A DNA stretch of 63,204 bases, the filler included, from Folioceros fuciformis (taxonomy: Eukaryota), in NCBI GenBank assembly GCA_049999805.1. It is 6 parts of 6 records of this genome, joined end to end, with 100 filler letters (N's around TTAATTAATTAA, not from the genome) between each part and the next. Parts side by side here need not be neighbours in the genome. Positions count along the whole stretch, not along the records: positions 1 to 9,399 come from JBNGIO010004070.1; positions 9,500 to 16,729 come from JBNGIO010004071.1; 4 more parts are not named here. One strand, given 5' to 3'. The translations under genes were made by a program, and so were the position numbers. This document shows, one piece after another, positions 1-12,048 of the stretch. The notes beneath the pieces were generated by a model that was not told the DNA's origin, ran no database searches, and saw only the letters and a list, made by a program, of their open reading frames with translations. The first letter of the stretch is position 1, and every line of letters begins with the position of its first letter.

Positions 1-1339
1 AGGGTTGGGCATACTTGAACCGTGACTTGGCGTGCTCTCTCCGGCTGATGACTTTGCAGCGTCCAAGCACATGGTCTGCTGGCTGCGTGTCGAAATAATC
101 CGTGTCTGCGCAAATCCGTTAAGTCCTAACAGAGACGCAGGTCTGGAGGACCCAGACGCTTCTAGAAGCGCTACGCGAGCAGCTAATTGGACAAATGAAT
201 TGCTACGCTCTAAGGCGATGGATCTCCATGGTTGCACGACTCTTTTCGGAGCCCGTTGTACAGATCTGTAGGCCGACGCAAGAGAGAGTCCCTAATCGAC
301 TTTACAAGTAACAAGCAAAAGAAGAGGTACGCCGCGCTGCACTGCACGCCAGCACCAGGGGGGCGCGCGACATCGCTAAAGGACGTAGATCCAGTTCCAC
401 TGAAAATAACAAAATGAAAGGATACGAAACACTTCGTCCTTGCCAAGGTCCGGAGGAAGGGGATGAGATACGTCTGGCGGTCTGTAGAACCTGCGTTGCA
501 GGCCGGGCACACAAGCGTCACAAAACCAGGTAAGAGCCTCCCATCCATGCATAGTCGCGGGCCGGGGGGATGGACGAGGATAGAAGCATCTCACCATCGA
601 ACCTGCAGCAGTGGCTTGCCTTGGTCGTCGCGCGACCTGCTCTCGATTCGGGCAATGTAAGGTTGTAGCTGAGAATCCGCCGGGTGCAAGTAGATGTAGT
701 CCCCTGTTGACACAACACCGGTGCAGAGGTTACCCCTGACAGCAAGCTGAATGGCAAGGCAGGAGGCAACTACAGCAGCAAACAAACGATGTCGGACAGG
801 CAAACAAGAAGAGGAGGAAGACGACGAAATAGATGGTGGACATGTATGTATGCGCTGAGCACTTCAACCTGGCGTCCAGACCCGACCGCGGGCACTTGTT
901 GATCATGATCTCCTACCCTGCCTCGGGAGCTCATCTACAGGCCTGCAGGCGCTGTTTGAGCAAATGTCGAGGAGGACTGCCATAGCGGCAACAAGACATC
1001 CTCCTGTGCAGCTCTATCCTGCTGGCTGTGCAACTACCGATCTAATCTATCGGACTCCAGAACGACAAGCAGGAAAAAGGCATGTATGACAATGGACCAC
1101 GACTACTACTAAGCACAAATTGGGCCGATCTTGCATCACTCCTGCGCAAGCAAGCTCTTGCTACATGTGTGCGCGCGCGTGGACAGATCGTTGTGCCAAG
1201 TTGGCGTACCAATGCAGAGCGGATCACCATTGGCTGCAGTGAAGGGTCGCGGCACAGGGGCAGAGGCTGAGGTCGAGGCGGGGGCGGGGACGTCCTCCTG
1301 CTGCAGGGTTGCGGTTGCAGGTTGCGGGGAACGCGCCAT
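1..1339 (-). CDS. BAH-domain protein (EBS/SHL-like BAH), 3' end runs off the window
   Basis: Exons 1339-1210, 703-595, 490-426, 105-<1 joined at GT-AG sites give ...GDPLCIGDYIYLHPADSQLQPYIARIESRSRDDQGKPLLQVRWFYRPPDVSHPLPPDLGKDEVFHTDYFDTQPADHVLGRCKVI, which follows the BAH pattern (GD.V.L.P...PYIARI...V.WFYRP...E.F..D..D.Q....I.G.C.V). Confidence 0.8.
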
Positions 1340-3289
1340 CGCAGAGCCGGATGAGAAGGGCAGCTCCAGAACAGCTCCGGTAGCAGCGCCGCCTCGCCTC
1401 CTCGAGGTACCATGTGCAGAATGCAGAATCCAGCGTTCGCTGGCATGCAGCGGAGCCAGCGCGGCGCAGCACAGCACAGCGCAGCTTGGCTCGGCTCAGC
1501 TCAGCTCAGCGAGGTTGTAGCGGTAGCAGTGGAGCTCCGTGTAGAAGGCTTAGCCTGTGTGTGCCCTCGCGGGAGGGAGAGCGTGAAGGGCAGCGCAGGC
1601 GTCGGTCGTGCACAGCCGGCCTTTTGACAGGCGCGGAGGGGACCGGGAGCTGGAGCGCGTCCACCCCATCCATGGCTCTCGCATCGCAGGATTTGATTAT
1701 TCAAATCACAGCCGTGACGGAATGAAATTAGGGCAAGGCAAGGAACTAGACGAGACGAGCCGAGTGGAGTCGAGTCGGGCCGATTCCTCACGTACTGGGC
1801 GGGACGCTTGGAATTTTGATGGGGAGTACGAATCACGGCTTCCACCTCCCGGCTCACACCTCAAGACTGATGATCACTCACGACCCGCGCTGATGGGGGG
1901 CATGTGGCCTCGGAAGGGCCGCATGTCATGATGCGCTGATGCATGCCTTTGCATGGGCTTGGGGCTATGGCAGCAACCGACACGTGTCCAGATGGGGACC
2001 AGCGTCGCCATCGATCTGGGCCTGGCAATATCCCCACCGGATCCCCCCACACGAAGCGGGCAAGTTTTGCTCGCTTCGCAGAGAGGGGGGACGGTACCGG
2101 GCACCGGTGATGATTCCGGTTACGATAAGGCAACCCCCGAAGAAGCCGTCAGCCCGGGGGCCCAGGCCCGGGCCCGGCAAGTTGCCGGCTTGCAAACGCG
2201 AAATGTGTGATATGCTGGAAGCCAAGGCCTTTGCTGCCAGGCTGGGCTTGTGCGGTGTGTGTACCTGGAGTGCGTCACGGGCGCGCTTTCGTCCGCAGCA
2301 AACCCCAGCTCCACCCTGACCCCCTGACTCCTCCCTCCCTCTCCCTCGCGGGTCAGGTTACCAGTAGGTGAGACAGCAGCAGTACCATCCACCAGCTGCC
2401 GTGGTGAAGCCTTGCACGGCGGCTTGGACTGGGACTGGGCTTAATGGCGGAAGATTGACTGACCACCAGATCGCCGGGAGTAATTTCCCGCAAGTGCAAG
2501 CAATCTGGGAGAATCCTGCTCCATGAATGCAGGCTTTGATCAAGGCTCGTCGCCTAAACTGGCAGGATCTGCCATAACCCCCTGCAGGCCCGCCTTGACG
2601 CCTGCTCTTGAAGACCCTTCACTCGTCCTTGCGTTCGGGCTGGCTGCTGTCACTCGCCTTTCCGGCCGACCTCTACGGCCGCACTACAAGGACGTCGCAC
2701 CTCGTCTACTCCTTTCCAACTCCTTTCCACCTCCCGCCACCACACCATCGGAAAGTGTCTAATGCCTTGAAGGCGCCTTCAATTGCCCGGTGGTACAAAT
2801 TACCTTTCTCGTTTTGTATGTGAACTTGTTATGTACTTTACGATGTATATCCATTTCATTAAATTGTAGCCTACTGTTGAGTTGAGGTTTGATGCTTTGT
2901 GCACTGCTTAAACTTAAGGGTTTAGGGTGTTTAAGGCGCGCACAAGTGCTCGCCTTACGGTTGACATCATCGAAACAACAGCATTTTCATATTGAATAGT
3001 GGGCCATGCAAGAACACGTCAAATGTATGCAAATGTTCTAAATGTGCCATACGGTGTCCACTAATCTGTCATTAAGATCATGGTACAAAACAGTCGATAG
3101 GTCCAAGATAATCAAATTTCTGCTGTTTAGGCACTCTCTTCTTTTGCCTCTTCTTCAGTAATTGCTTGGGGCTACCATCAAACATGTTTGTGAAAGCAGC
3201 TTCCCCGTGTAGCACACCATAAGCCCTTGCATGCGTTCACGCTCCTATGGGACCAAATGTAGTTCTCTAAGGGCTACATCCTACTGCTC

Positions 3290-3960
3290 AGTCAGTGCCC
3301 CTGGCCGCTTCACTATACAAGCATTCCGATGCATCGATGTCCATGTCCAACCACATTCCCTGTCTTATGACGCTGTTGTGCGTGTGATCCCCTACAGTCA
3401 AAGGTTGTTGGTGCAACTCATACAACTTAGTTTTGATCAGCTCCTGTGTTCGTAATTGTAAAGTGTTGTCGCGGATTAAAGAGAATCTATATGCCAATGT
3501 AAATATTTCTACAATGAAAATCCGATCCAAGGTCACTGCATTGCGGCTGCGTGGACATTTGCCGCTCTACCCTAACAGCTTGGATGGACATATTTACTTT
3601 GGAAGATGCCTTCAAATGCATTTGTAGTCTCCGTCACCCACCACTGTATCAGAAGGGTTTGCTCCGGTGATGTGAAGTCTACCTCTTCCACTTGGGCAAT
3701 CCAAAATGGTCGGTTCCACTTGTCCCCTCGCGAGGCACATCATGTTCCCTTTTTGAATTTCGTGTACATAACCATGAAGCCTTCCTCCTTCCATCTCTGC
3801 AGTGCTATTAGGTCTATAGTTTCCAAGATACATATGTTTGCCTTCATGATCAGGTGGGATCTGTTCCGGCGGCTCTTGGTCTTTCCGAATAGAATGTCTA
3901 TTAGCCACACGATTAGGAGGATTATCTTCTCGGTTGTACCAGACCCATGGATTACGAGCA
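3290..3960 (-). pseudogene. Degenerate coding remnant, possibly transposon-associated
   Basis: Frameshifted pieces read ...EIQKGNMMCL / DKWNRPFWIAQVEEVDFTSPEQTLLIQWWVTE and TLDRIFIVEIFTLAYRFSLIRDNTLQLRTQELIK. Protein-like but interrupted by stops; family not securely recognised. Confidence 0.3.
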
Positions 3961-3988
3961 ACAACCCTATACCCCGCAGATCAGCACA

Positions 3989-4022
<34 letters not shown>
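3989..4022. repeat. (CT)n(CA)n compound microsatellite
   Basis: ctctctctctctctcacacacacacacacaca read directly. Confidence 0.85.
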
Positions 4023-4342
4023 GAACAGAAGCTCCGATACACACTTATTCCTTACAAGCCCGTCCTCAAGGACCTTTGGTCTTCCAGTAGCACCGCAAAT
4101 CTCCAACGAATCTTTCACAATCCTTTACAACCTCTCACCAGCTTCGACTAGTCTTATCAGCCGCTCACACACTCTTCGAAATCTCTCGGAAATCCTTCAA
4201 GAATCACATCCAAGCTTCAGCATACTTTCTCAATCACCCCGCCAACACTCAGCGATTCTCCTCCAAGGTCTAGCAACCGCGCAGCGACCCCAGCAATCTC
4301 CCAGAGCCTCCGCGCCCTCTCAACTCACTCCTCCGTAGTCCA

Positions 4343-4775
4343 CGGTTCAGGGAATAAGGGAGGGAGAGTTTCTCCCTCCACTCCACGCAACGAGCGGATT
4401 CGTCCCCCTCTCCGCAGCTTACGGCCAGTCAATCTTCCTCTCACGCTCTCACTCCTTCACCCCTCTCCTTCTCACTCACTCATCCTCTCATCTTCTTACA
4501 CACTCCTCCCAGATTCAAAACGCAACCAAAGGGTCAAGGAAGAAGGGAAGGAGAAGCTCCCCTTCCACTCCACGTAGTGGGCGGATTTGTCCACACCTCA
4601 ACTACGGGACACAGTTAGTCGTTTAGGGAATAAGGGAAGGAGAGACTCATATTCCACTCCGCGCAACTGGCAGATTCGTCCCCCTTACTTCCCGCTACAG
4701 AGCACGACGAATGATTCGGGGAATAAGGGAAGGTGACCTTCCACTCAGCAGAGAATTTGCTGATCCGCCCCCCTC
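4343..4775. repeat. Four degenerate copies of a ~65-bp motif (ggGAATAAGGGAaGG...CCACTCC...GGATTCGTCC)
   Basis: Copies start near 4343, 4530, 4620 and 4713; a further related copy lies near 13497. Confidence 0.65.
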
Positions 4776-5149
4776 ACCACCCGTTGTGGAGCAAAAACTC
4801 TTGACCCCCCTCAAGAGTGTCGCACACACGCTACCCACTCAGACATCTCCAATCCAGCCGTGGACAACGTGTGAAAATCCTAGCACTAGGATTGCATCTA
4901 ATCTAGCAAGACTAGGATTGCATCTAGTCTAGCATGATCAAGACGCCATGCTCAAAAAGATATTTCATGGTTTTAATCTGCAAAAGGTGTGTACAAAGTG
5001 TGTCTTAAATAATGTCACTGGGTGTCTTTTCCGAAGAGGCACACCCGTTCGTAATTATTAAATACTATTAATTATGGTCTACGGTAACTAGCTGGTCAGC
5101 AGGGTTATGGGCAGATTATCCATTACGTAACATAGCGCGAGAACCTCGA

Positions 5150-7620
5150 TTGGAACGAGTCGCCGATTTTTGCTGATTAGTGAGGCGCCAAGAGGCCTCT
5201 TTGTACACTCGACGGGCGGGATCGCAGCCGCCATTAAGTTCAGTCTTCAAGCAGTCAAGCGCTCTTAATTACGAGCAACATCAGGTCCAAGATAGCATCT
5301 TCACCAGATCTGACTAAATACTATTCTAAGATGCAATGAATTCTGGCCTATCCTATTGCCGCGCTCGCCTCCTATCCGGCCATCTCGTACCCCTTCCTCG
5401 GCCGCCAAACCCCGGACCCTCCTTCCTCTTCGCTGGTCAGGCAGATCCTACCATAAAACCTCTATCTCGCTTTCGCTGCCACCTGACTTGTCTTGTTGAG
5501 GTGTAGGTGGGGTCTGCCGAGGGGTCCTTCCCCCACCTTTCGGCCGCCTGTTGCTGAGGACCATCAGGAGTTCTTGCTCCACCCATGCCTACACTTCTTC
5601 CTCCTTCAGTTCCTCCAAGACTGCCTCCGAATAACAAGAAGGCAATCCCCACACCCGGAAGTAGTGGGAGAAGCACCCCCTACAAGTCCTCTGTTGTAGG
5701 CAGTAAGCCCTTGTCCCTCCTATTTCCACACGCACATGGACATTCAAGTTAAGTACACTGTCCCCATTCACATAAAGGCCAAGAACATAAGTTTCCTCAT
5801 CCAAATGCTGTAATATAGTCTGGCCTCCTACTGCAGATGAGGTGCTTACCCCCTCCTCCCGTGGGCTACCCTGAACTGCCTATCTTCTGCTCTCCAAGGG
5901 TACTGGGAATCCTCTGCTCCTCTGGCTACCGCTGCTCCCAGCCCCGTCCTCCTAGTGCGGGTCGTCATTCTAGCCCTTCCAATCGCGGGCTCCACGACTG
6001 TCGCTGCTTCCTCTACCCTGGTAGGGCTGATCTCCATTGGCGTGGTCTCCCTCTGATTGGTAGCGGCTTCAGCTACCTCGGTCGTGGACCTGCTACTCTG
6101 TTTAGTTTTCCCTTCACCCAGCTCCGGGCCTCATCCCGTTCCTGTTTACACCGGTTCGCAAGCCTCTGGACCTTCTCCACTGCAGCCGCCTCCTACTCCT
6201 ATGCCCTCAACAGCTCCTATTGCATTTCCTGATTGGCTTCGTGAACCTCCTTGACTTCAGTCAGGAGTAGCTCCTGTTGATCTTTCATGGCCTGCATTTC
6301 CTCCCCAGCCCGGCATACTTTCGCCTGCGCCTGTTCTTTTGCTGCACTCAGGGCCTGTTGAGTTTCTTCCAGTTGCTCCCGCCTTGCTTCCGCCTCACAT
6401 AGCTTGGCTTGCACCTCCTCTTCCTTCTGCCCCTGCATGCTCAGCCAAGTTATCGCATGTGCAGCCTGGTCCAGCATGTCCGCCTACACCCGAACCATAG
6501 CCGTTGTCAGGCCTAGTAAATCCACTTGTTAGGGCGCGCCTTTAGTAGCCATTCCTCTAGCAGTGTGCGCACCCTGGCCAAATCCTCCTCCTGCAAATTT
6601 GTCACCAAGGGGGTGGCCCTGAAAATCTCTTCCCACCCCGGAAAGAGCTCTTCCCCTGGGTTCAGCCCTAACTTCTCTGCCACCTCACCCGGCCTCACCC
6701 CTCGGCTGGCACTGATTCCGTGGGTTCGGTTGAGGGGGTGCCGGTTGCCTGTCACCTGTCTTTCGGGTAGACTCCTACAGCGCCGGATCCACTACTGCTT
6801 TGGTGACGTGCCCACTGACCTTCCTTCTCTTTGCAGGAGTCTTTCACCCGGCCCAGAGGCCTTCCTCTTCCTGCTGACAGTCGCCTCCTCTTCTGAACTC
6901 CCTGTTGCTCCAGACTCCTAGCTGCTTGACTCGGCCTCCTCCTCAGGCTCCTTCGGCTTCCACTTGACCTCCCGAACGGACTTCCACATGTGCAGAGAAG
7001 CAACCACCTCTAACTCTGGCAGACTATTAGTATAGGAATATAGATGGACCAAGAAGGGTGAGATCAGAGACGGACGGGGGGTTGAAGAAGTCAAATTTTT
7101 CCTCTCCTCATTCAGTCGGTCATAAACCCTTTCCCCCAGTCAATCCTGCTCCCCTTGACCGCTTCATGCAGGAACAGTAGCATGTGGTCCGACAGGTAGT
7201 CTTGCTTCCTATTCTGCAAAAAACACAGGAGCCACCTGGCCAGACCCATGAGCTGGGCAGTTGCCATCTCCCGCACCAACCAGCCGTTGGCCTCCCTTTC
7301 GATTCCAGTTTTGAACAGCCAGTGCCGCCGCCTTGGTGCTGCGCTTCCTCAAGGACTCGATCACGAGTCCCCCGGCTTCCTCCTGACCGTGCCCGTACAC
7401 CGTCCTAACTAGCTTGAGATCCCAGTCCTTGGGTCTCTCCCTGGTCCCTTCCCCTTTTGTCCTGTTCCACAGTCGGTGCGCGCACTCCTACACCACAGCG
7501 GGGATCACATGGTTCCACCTCTTGGCCATGAACTCGAGGCCTAGCTCCTCTACCAACCCTCCGGCTTTGGCCTTCCAATGGTCCATGTTAGGCCAGAGGG
7601 CTACCTCCACCTGAGGCAAC
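5150..7620 (-). mobile_element. Degenerate repeat element, copy 1 (LTR-retroelement-like, unassigned coiled-coil ORF)
   Basis: Broken ORFs (MLDQAAHAITWLSMQ..., WGLPSCYSEAVLEEL) are homologous to those at 10130-12040 (+) and 13770-15200 (-). The 3' flank 5150-5330 matches 13770-13920. Confidence 0.7.
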
Positions 7621-9443
7621 GGCTCCAGCACTATGTCCCTAGACGACTAGCTGGCACTAGGTTCATGGTCACTATAGCATGCTCATGCTATGTAAATACG
7701 TGCAACATAGCAAGTCCACAACTCTTTCCNNNNNNNNNNNNNNNNNNNNNNNNNNNNNNNNNNNNNNNNNNNNNNNNNNNNNNNNNNNNNNNNNNNNNNN
7801 NNNNNNNNNNNNNNNNNNNNNNNNNNNNNCCCAAGGACCAAGTAGCACCCTCCCCGACCTGATCCACATACCAGTTATTGGTCAACCTTGCACCTACCTC
7901 AAAACTTCAAGACCCAAGGAGGTCTTGAGCATAAATACCCTGGCCTATTTGCAACCTAAGCCGCTTTCGCATCCATCTTACCAAAAAAACAAAAACCTAC
8001 CACGTCTCGCACTTGGTGAGGGGATTTCTAACATTTTTTTGTCTACAAAGCTTTGTATAAACTCTTAATAGCTTTATTGAATAATAAAAATGCATACACA
8101 AAAATGTGTAAAATACTATCTACACAACTCTTCATGTATAACTGTGGAGGCAAAACCCCGGGCACTGATTGCCGACGGTTCCACCTTTAGTGGCCACACT
8201 TATCCCACAGTCGTTGAGACATTGGGTTCCGTTCCCACGAAGGAGCGATGGGATTCCTTGCTGCTGTGGATGGAGGGTCGGACTCAATCGACTTGATGAT
8301 GGATTTTAGGGCTCCCCTCCAGCTCCAATCACGCGTAGGATAGGCCTCACTGTCCAGCGGTCGGCTGCACCTCTCTCGGTGCCCACAAACTGATTCCAAT
8401 CACTACAATGACCCTAACCTCTCAGATCTACGACTTCCCTCACTCACTTCACTCGCTCTCTCACTCCAGCACCAACACCAGCAACTAACAACGACACCAC
8501 TACCTTCTACACTTCCCTATTGACTCCTCCTACCCGGCAAGAGTCACTAGACTAACCCCAAAGAAAAGAGAGAAGGGAACACACTCCCCTCTTGGATATC
8601 TCCTCCCTACAACCTTACTAGACGCCATGAAACATGGCCGGTCTACAACACTTGTCCAAACAGGGAACAAGAGTGGACAGGTCAAGAGAAAGACACATCC
8701 TTTACAATCAAGAGCTAGGGGCAAGCCTCTTCACCCTGGTCATTACACCTTGTGATCCTACCAGACACTGTACAACCGGCAACACGCGGCTTACGATCCT
8801 ACCAGACGTTGCACAGCCGGCAACACACTGCAGGTCCTAAACCAAGCAGGGACAGACCACAAGAGCTCATGTAGAGAGTACCTCCAAGAGCTCACGAAGT
8901 GACAGACTGACTCCCAAAGTGAATGACTACCTCCTCCTATAGGCTCACCTGATCTTATAGGAGCCTCTCTCTCTCTGACTTCACCTCTCTCTAACTTGAC
9001 AATATTATTTTAATAGGACCACTAGTCTAGCCGGCTGTCACTAGCCACTTATTTAGACTTCTAGCACATCCTGCCACCAATGAGCTGGCCCTACCACCAC
9101 AAGGATCTACCACCTCTTAGACTACCCTGAGACTTCGAAGGATGTCTGATCTTCAAAGATCTGCGGACGCCGCCTCTTCCTTGCTAGATGACCGCCCGCT
9201 ACGTCTTCCCCTGCAACTGTTCACCCTTGGTGGCTGAGCCAGCCTCTAGGGGAGGAGTATGAGTAGTGGGAAAGATAGAGAGGAGGTTGAAAGGAGTGAG
9301 ATCAGCAGCCGAAACCTGGCTTGAAAACAGTAGCTTATTCAGCGGAATCAGCTTCCAGCCGAAATGGTTCCTCGGCCATGGAAGACTGACCTTGGGGTGN
9401 NNNNNNNNNNNNNNNNNNNNNNNNNNNNNNNNNNNNNNNNNNN

Positions 9444-9455
9444 TTAATTAATTAA
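9444..9455. other. Artificial scaffold linker TTAATTAATTAA in an N-run
   Basis: Identical six-frame-stop spacer centred in N-runs at five places in the window. Confidence 0.95.
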
Positions 9456-9499
9456 NNNNNNNNNNNNNNNNNNNNNNNNNNNNNNNNNNNNNNNNNNNN

Positions 9500-12040
9500 A
9501 GAGGTAGTCCCTGGTGCGACTAGGTGGTAGGAGGGTCGTCTGGTGGGAGAAGTAAGGGGACTGGGTAAGGACCGAGCACGGGACGTGTGTGCGTGGGTCA
9601 GTCGAGTTTGGGTGCTAATTGACTTTAGAAGCTAACCTGTGTAGTTTAACACGAATCATTCCCTTGGGATCGAATCCCAGAGCTACAACGACATAGAGGG
9701 CTTGTGTGGACCTCGCGGTACCTCCGGGTACCATATTTTAACCCCACAGTCCTAGGGGTAGGTAGTTGTGGACTTAGGCTAGAAAATCGAGATGTTGTGA
9801 CTCAGCGATGGTGGTGGAAGCTGAACCACCATCGTGGAAGGCCAACGGGCGGTAGTGCGGCTGGAGGTAGTCGAACAGGGACGACCCGACTAGTATAAAA
9901 CCCTAGGTAAGTCAAAGGGTTTAGTCACGATTTGAACTGGAGCGTGACTGCGAGGTCGGGGAGTGAAAGCGGTAGTAGAAGCGGAGCGCGACCTCAACCA
10001 GGAGCGGGAGCAAGCGCAGCTGCAGTGGAGCAGAGCGGAAGACGAGTAGCGGGCGATTGGGACTGCGCAAGAGGCAAGGCAGGATGAGGCGGGAGAATCT
10101 CGCGTCGCCGTCAGAAGGGGAAGAAGCGACTAGAGAGGAGGAGCGGCCTCCTGTTCTGAGGGTGGAGCTGGCCTTTTGGCCGAACATGGAGCATTGGCAG
10201 GTCAGAGCCGGAGGGCTAGTCGAAGAGCTAGGCCTCGGGTTCATGGCGCAGAGGTGGAACCACGCAGCCCCTGGACTAGTTAGGGAGTGCGCTCAGAGGT
10301 TGAGGGGGCCAGTCAGAGAGTAAGGGATTCGAGGAAGGCCGTAGGACTGGAACCTAGAGCTGATGCGGCGCGTGTATGGGCGCAACCAGGAGAAGGAAGG
10401 CGGGCCCTTGCTGGAGTCCATGAAGAAGCACAGCACTGCCGCGGCACTGTTCGAGGCGGGCACCGGAAGAGAAGCCAACAGGTGGTTGATTCGGGACATG
10501 GTGACTACCTAGCTAATGGGCCTGGCGAGATGGTTTCTGTGTTTCTTGCAGATTCGAAAGCAGGATTACCTTTCTAACCAGATGCTCTTGTTTGTGCATG
10601 AAGTTGTTAAGGGCAGTAAGGTGGACTGGGGGAGGATCCTGTATGACAGGATGAATGAGGAGAGGCAGAACTTGGCCTCGGCTTCTCCTCGCCCTTCGAT
10701 GATTTCACCCTTTTTGGTGCACACCTACGCTAACCTACTGCCTAGAGGCACCCCAGGAACAAGTGCCAGAAATGGAAACGGCCCCGCCTGAGGTGATGGC
10801 CAGATTAGTGCACTTTCCAGAACATGAACCCTTCCTGGGATAGAAGAATTCCTCTGGTGGCCAGGTTTCAGGCAGGGGACCTGGACAGATTGCGAGCGTT
10901 GTTAGGAAGGTAGGTCTTGGACAGGGGGATGGCTCCTGTGGGGGAGTTGCAGGAAGTTGGCTTTGCTCGGCCTGACTTCAGTGATAGTGCAGGCCCAGGC
11001 GGATATGCTGGACCAGGTAGCTAGGGCGTTGACCTGGCTGAGCATGCAGGCGAAGAGGGAAGCTAAGGCCCGGGGTAAGGAGGCGGAAGCCTGGGAGAAG
11101 GAGGCCGAAGCGTGGACGAAGCTAGCGGAGTCCGAAGCTGAACGGCTGCACCTGGAAGAAACGCGATAGGCCCTAAGCGTGGCTAAGGCACAAGTGGAGG
11201 AAGAGGCCCGCCATGCAAGGGAAGAGGTGCATGCGCTAAAGGAGCAGCAGGAGTCGCTCCTAGCATGCTTGCAGTGGAGCAAGTCCAGAAGTTAGCCGAC
11301 ATGTACAAGTGGGAGCAAGATGAGGCCAGGGAGCGAGTGAAGGGGAAGGGCAGAACCACGCGTGGTAGCCGAGCAAGAATGGAGGTAGCCGAAGAGGCTA
11401 TCGGTAGAAGAGAGACAACACCAATAGAGGAAGCCCCAACCCTGGTAGCTAAAGGAGTGAGTGTGGAGGCGCCGGCGACTTGACGTTCTGGAAGAGCGAC
11501 CCATACCAAGAGGACTGAGCAGGGAGGAACAGCAGCTAGGGGGATGGAATTTCCCCCAGTACCTCTGGAGAGTAGAAGGCAGGCAGCCCAGAGTAGCCCA
11601 CGGGAGGAGGGAGTAAGTGCTTCCTTTGCAATAGAGGATCGGATTGTGTTGCAGCATGAGGAGGAGGCCGCTTATGTGCCTGGCCTCTATGTAGAAGGAG
11701 CCTGAGTTCTGAAAGTGTTTTTATATGTGCGTGTGGGCTGAGGAGGGACGCGGGGCTACGGCCTGCAACTGAGGACCCGCAAGGGGTCCTACTACTACCA
11801 CTAGCGGGGTGTGGGGATTGCCTCATTGCTATTCAGAGGCAGTCTTGGAGAAGCTGACAGATGAGGAGGCGCAGCAGTGGGTTGAGCGAGAACCTGTCCT
11901 CATCCTCAGCAATCGGCGACGAGGGGAGGAGAGGGGTCCCCTGCAACGGGACCTTCCTGCGTCGCCGCCAGCGAGGTCCAACAGTAGCAGCAGCGAGGTG
12001 GAGATCCTCTAGGAGGATTTGCCCGACTAACGGTGGGGAA
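9500..12040 (+). mobile_element. Degenerate repeat element, copy 2 (LTR-like end at ~9750 followed by a broken ORF)
   Basis: ORF pieces VELAFWPNMEHWQVRAGGLVEELGLGFMA, KQDYLSNQMLLFVHEVVKGSKVDWGRILYDRMNEERQNL, QADMLDQVARALTWLSMQ and WGLPHCYSEAVLEKL match copies 1 and 3, with many stops and frameshifts. Confidence 0.7.
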
Positions 12041-12048
12041 GGAGAATA

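Noticed and set aside
8143-9216. Possible solo LTR (TG start, CA-like end, strand-skewed composition)
   Set aside because: No matching target-site duplication, PBS or second copy in the window.
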